Source: Candidatus Wukongarchaeum yapensis (lineage in GTDB: Archaea > Asgardarchaeota > Wukongarchaeia > Wukongarchaeales > Wukongarchaeaceae). From it: a stretch of 6,638 nucleotides of DNA. A program made the position numbers and the translations under genes. Below the pieces are notes generated by a model. It worked only from the letters and a program-made list of their open reading frames with translations, ran no database searches and was not told where the DNA came from. Location of the stretch: positions 1 through 6,638 of the forward strand of contig JAEOSI010000127.1 of the NCBI GenBank assembly GCA_016840425.1, given 5' to 3'. Below are positions 4,764 to 6,638 of the stretch, one piece after another. Every line of letters begins with the position of its first letter. Positions within the stretch are counted from its first letter, which is position 1.

Positions 4764-5479
4764 AACCTGTGCCCATATTTCCCGGTCAAAGGCACGAAGG
4801 CCACTCCGCCCAAATTCTCCTGAAAAAGCTTATCGTCCTTCTTTCTCACGCGCATTAAAGTCTGATAAAAACGAACGCCGCCAACAGGAATAACCAAAAC
4901 CCCGCCGGTTTTAAGCTGATCCGTCAAAGGCTCAGGCACACAAGGAGCCGCTGCCGTAACCAAAACCCGATCGTAAGGAGCCTCCTCGGCGTATCCAAGC
5001 GACCCGTCCCCGCAGACAACCGTAATGCGGTCACCGTAACCCGCCCTCTCAATATTGTTTTTCGCAAAAGCAGCCAATTCAGAGATGACCTCTACCGTGT
5101 AAACATGCCCCCATTTTTTCTTCGGCGCGTCTGTGGGAGCCACAATCTCAGCTACTGTGGAGGCATGCCACCCAGAGCCCGCCCCAACCTCTAGAACTTT
5201 GTGCCCCGCTTCCAACTCGAGGGCTTCATCCATGATGGAAACCATGTTTCGCCCGGCTGACCGCGTGGATCAACCGAGAGGCGCAGAAATGGTCTGCCCA
5301 TACCCTATGGAAAGCGGGGTGTCCACAGCCGCATACGCTCGTACTTGCTCAGGAACAAACTGATCCCTGCAGACTCGACGCAACGCCCTGATAACCTGAG
5401 GCGACTTAAGTATGCCTTCCGCGGTCAACCGCTTAACTAAGCCTTCCCACTTTTGCCCAGACTTATTCAGCTCTACCAT
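4760..5479 (-). CDS. pcm: Protein-L-isoaspartate O-methyltransferase, join(5479..5278, 5247..4760), 229 aa after removal of a 30-nt intron
   Basis: Exon 1 has RDQFVP...DTPLSIGYGQTISAP. Exon 2 has MVSIM, motif I VLEVGAGSG, GDGSLGYAEEAPYDRVLVTAAAP and LKTGGVLVIPVG. Both ORF-track pieces are in the same frame, separated by 33 nt where homologues have one His codon. Confidence 0.93.
5248..5277 (-). other. Putative BHB (tRNA-endonuclease-type) intron in pcm mRNA, 30 nt: UCGGUUGAUCCACGCGGUCAGCCGGGCGAA
   Basis: Central helix CGCC(5283-5280)/GGCG(5253-5250); 3-nt bulges UCU(5279-5277) and AAA(5249-5247); 9-bp intron stem with a 5-nt loop; exon-side pairs G5284-C5246 and U5285-A5245. Cutting after the 2nd nt of each bulge yields CCU C|AC AUG = Pro-His-Met. 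Confidence 0.88.
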
Positions 5480-5491
5480 CGTGCGGTCCCT

Positions 5492-5498
5492 TCACTCC
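5492..5498 (-). promoter_or_regulatory. RBS GGAGTGA upstream of pcm
   Basis: SD-like heptamer 12 nt upstream of ATG 5479. Confidence 0.5.
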
Positions 5499-5563
5499 AG
5501 ATTGGAACAAAAGAAATGTTAGCATAACTGAGTAAAAAGCCTGTTCTTTCAGCTCGATGGGAT

Positions 5564-6637
5564 TTATTGAAAGTTTGTTTGGAATCTTGCTTTCTGCACT
5601 CCCGCTGCTCGTCTATCTTTGGCAGTCATCTCAAACAGTCTCTTCAGCAGTTCAATGTCCTCTTTAGTCTGCTTCACTTCTCTCCGAGCCATCATCCTCT
5701 TCTGCGTCTTAATGGCTGACTCTAAATAAAGCTCCACAGGATCCCATCCTAAGCTCTTCGCCCAAATAGTGAAGGACGGAATGTCCTCAGCTATGAATCC
5801 ATGCATTTGCGATGCTATGCCTATTTTCTTTCCAGCATAAATCTTCGTGCCTATCGAAGTTTTCGCGTAGTCGCCGATGAAACATCCCATCTTCATTTGA
5901 CCTGAATCCACAGTTTTTCCATCCAATGACACCCTTATGGTTCCGTAGGTGTTCTTGATGTCTGAGGTTGTGGTGTCCGCCGCTATGTTCACCCATTCTC
6001 CGATATAGGCGTGCCCCACGAATCCCGTGTGATACTTGTTCGCGTATCCATGAATGATTGTTTCCTCCACTTCTCCGCCAATGCGGCACACATCACCGAT
6101 GTTGCAGCCTTCCCGTATGAGCCCACTAACAATCCTTGTGTTGTCCCCTATATAGGTTGGACCGGTAATCCTTGAACCCCCATGCACTTCTGTTCCTTCA
6201 CCTATGTAGATCGGACCGTCCCGAGCGTCAAGCGTAACGTTAGCTTCAACAAACGAGTCCTTACCCACATACACGTTTTCTTCCTCGCCGTATATGGCGG
6301 CTCTTTCGTCTATTGTTCCTTCGCTTTTCTTTTTTCCTAGTGCCTTAAAGTCTTCTTTGATTAACTCTGTGTTTTCGTTGATTAGGTCCCAAGGATAACT
6401 GCACAAAGGCGAATTTTGTGTTTCCAATTTTTTGCACTCTCTCATCAAGTTTTTCGTCGAAAAAGGAGTGAGAGGTTCACATAAGACCTCGCCGTATTTC
6501 CTAGCGGTTTTTTCCTTCAAATGAGCTAGTACTGTTCTGTGGTGGCACGAAATCAGAGTGTTTTTGGAGAGCTTTTCCTCAACTAACCGCCTTATTTCTC
6601 CGTTTGCCATAAGCATTCCATTGACTAAGAGCACATC
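5564..6637 (-). CDS. GlmU-like sugar nucleotidyltransferase / hexapeptide-repeat acetyltransferase ('alternative GlmU' type), 5'-truncated by the window edge
   Basis: LLVNG, YPWDLI, left-handed beta-helix hexapeptide repeats (GPIYIGEGTEVHGGSRITGPTYIGDNT), GGEVEETII and NKYHTGFVGHAYIGEWVN...DIKNTYG. Frame open to 6637. Confidence 0.8.
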   Translation of the reverse strand, partial: DVLLVNGMLMANGEIRRLVEEKLSKNTLISCHHRTVLAHLKEKTARKYGEVLCEPLTPFSTKNLMRECKKLETQNSPLCSYPWDLINENTELIKEDFKALGKKKSEGTIDERAAIYGEEENVYVGKDSFVEANVTLDARDGPIYIGEGTEVHGGSRITGPTYIGDNTRIVSGLIREGCNIGDVCRIGGEVEETIIHGYANKYHTGFVGHAYIGEWVNIAADTTTSDIKNTYGTIRVSLDGKTVDSGQMKMGCFIGDYAKTSIGTKIYAGKKIGIASQMHGFIAEDIPSFTIWAKSLGWDPVELYLESAIKTQKRMMARREVKQTKEDIELLKRLFEMTAKDRRAAGVQKARFQTNFQ

Positions 6638-6638
6638 G

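Noticed and set aside
5270-5272. Selenocysteine or read-through at the UGA in pcm
   Set aside because: Read-through would leave 11 residues in place of the conserved His, and the hairpin surrounds the UGA as a BHB stem rather than resembling an archaeal SECIS.
5133-5363. 76-aa plus-strand ORF spanning the pcm intron
   Set aside because: Antisense shadow with no RBS or recognisable domain.
4760-5479. pcm as a pseudogene or as two separate genes
   Set aside because: Both halves are in one frame with intact motifs, and the insert forms an exact BHB whose removal restores the conserved His.
5787-6089. 100-aa alternative-frame ORF inside the GlmU-like gene
   Set aside because: Off-frame by-product with no independent support.

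Overview
Archaeal chromosomal window, judged from archaeal-type FEN1 and Pcm, GGAGG/GGTGA-type RBSs and TATA/BRE-like elements. A TACK lineage such as Bathyarchaeia is plausible but is only inference. Gene order: 3' part of a CPBP/CAAX-family membrane protein (+); an AT-rich single-polypeptide Type IIG/IIL restriction-modification gene (-) bracketed by a 38-bp direct repeat whose copies are exactly 2800 bp apart; a cold-shock-domain gene (+); flap endonuclease fen (+); pcm (-), convergent with fen; and the 3' part of a GlmU-like nucleotidyltransferase/acetyltransferase (-). The main observation is that pcm, split into two ORFs in the track, is interrupted by a 30-nt insert (5248-5277) that folds on the mRNA into a strict bulge-helix-bulge (BHB) motif. 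Cutting at the canonical BHB positions removes an in-frame UGA and restores the conserved QTISAP-H-MV motif exactly, so this is a candidate archaeal mRNA intron in a gene other than cbf5. Also notable: the integrase-free R-M cassette with a long direct repeat, an apparent ATT start (or 1-bp lesion) for fen inside a G-U-rich hairpin, a possible eroded duplicate of the fen 5' end, a 47-nt pure purine tract upstream of csp, and loss of catalytic His residues in the CPBP protein.
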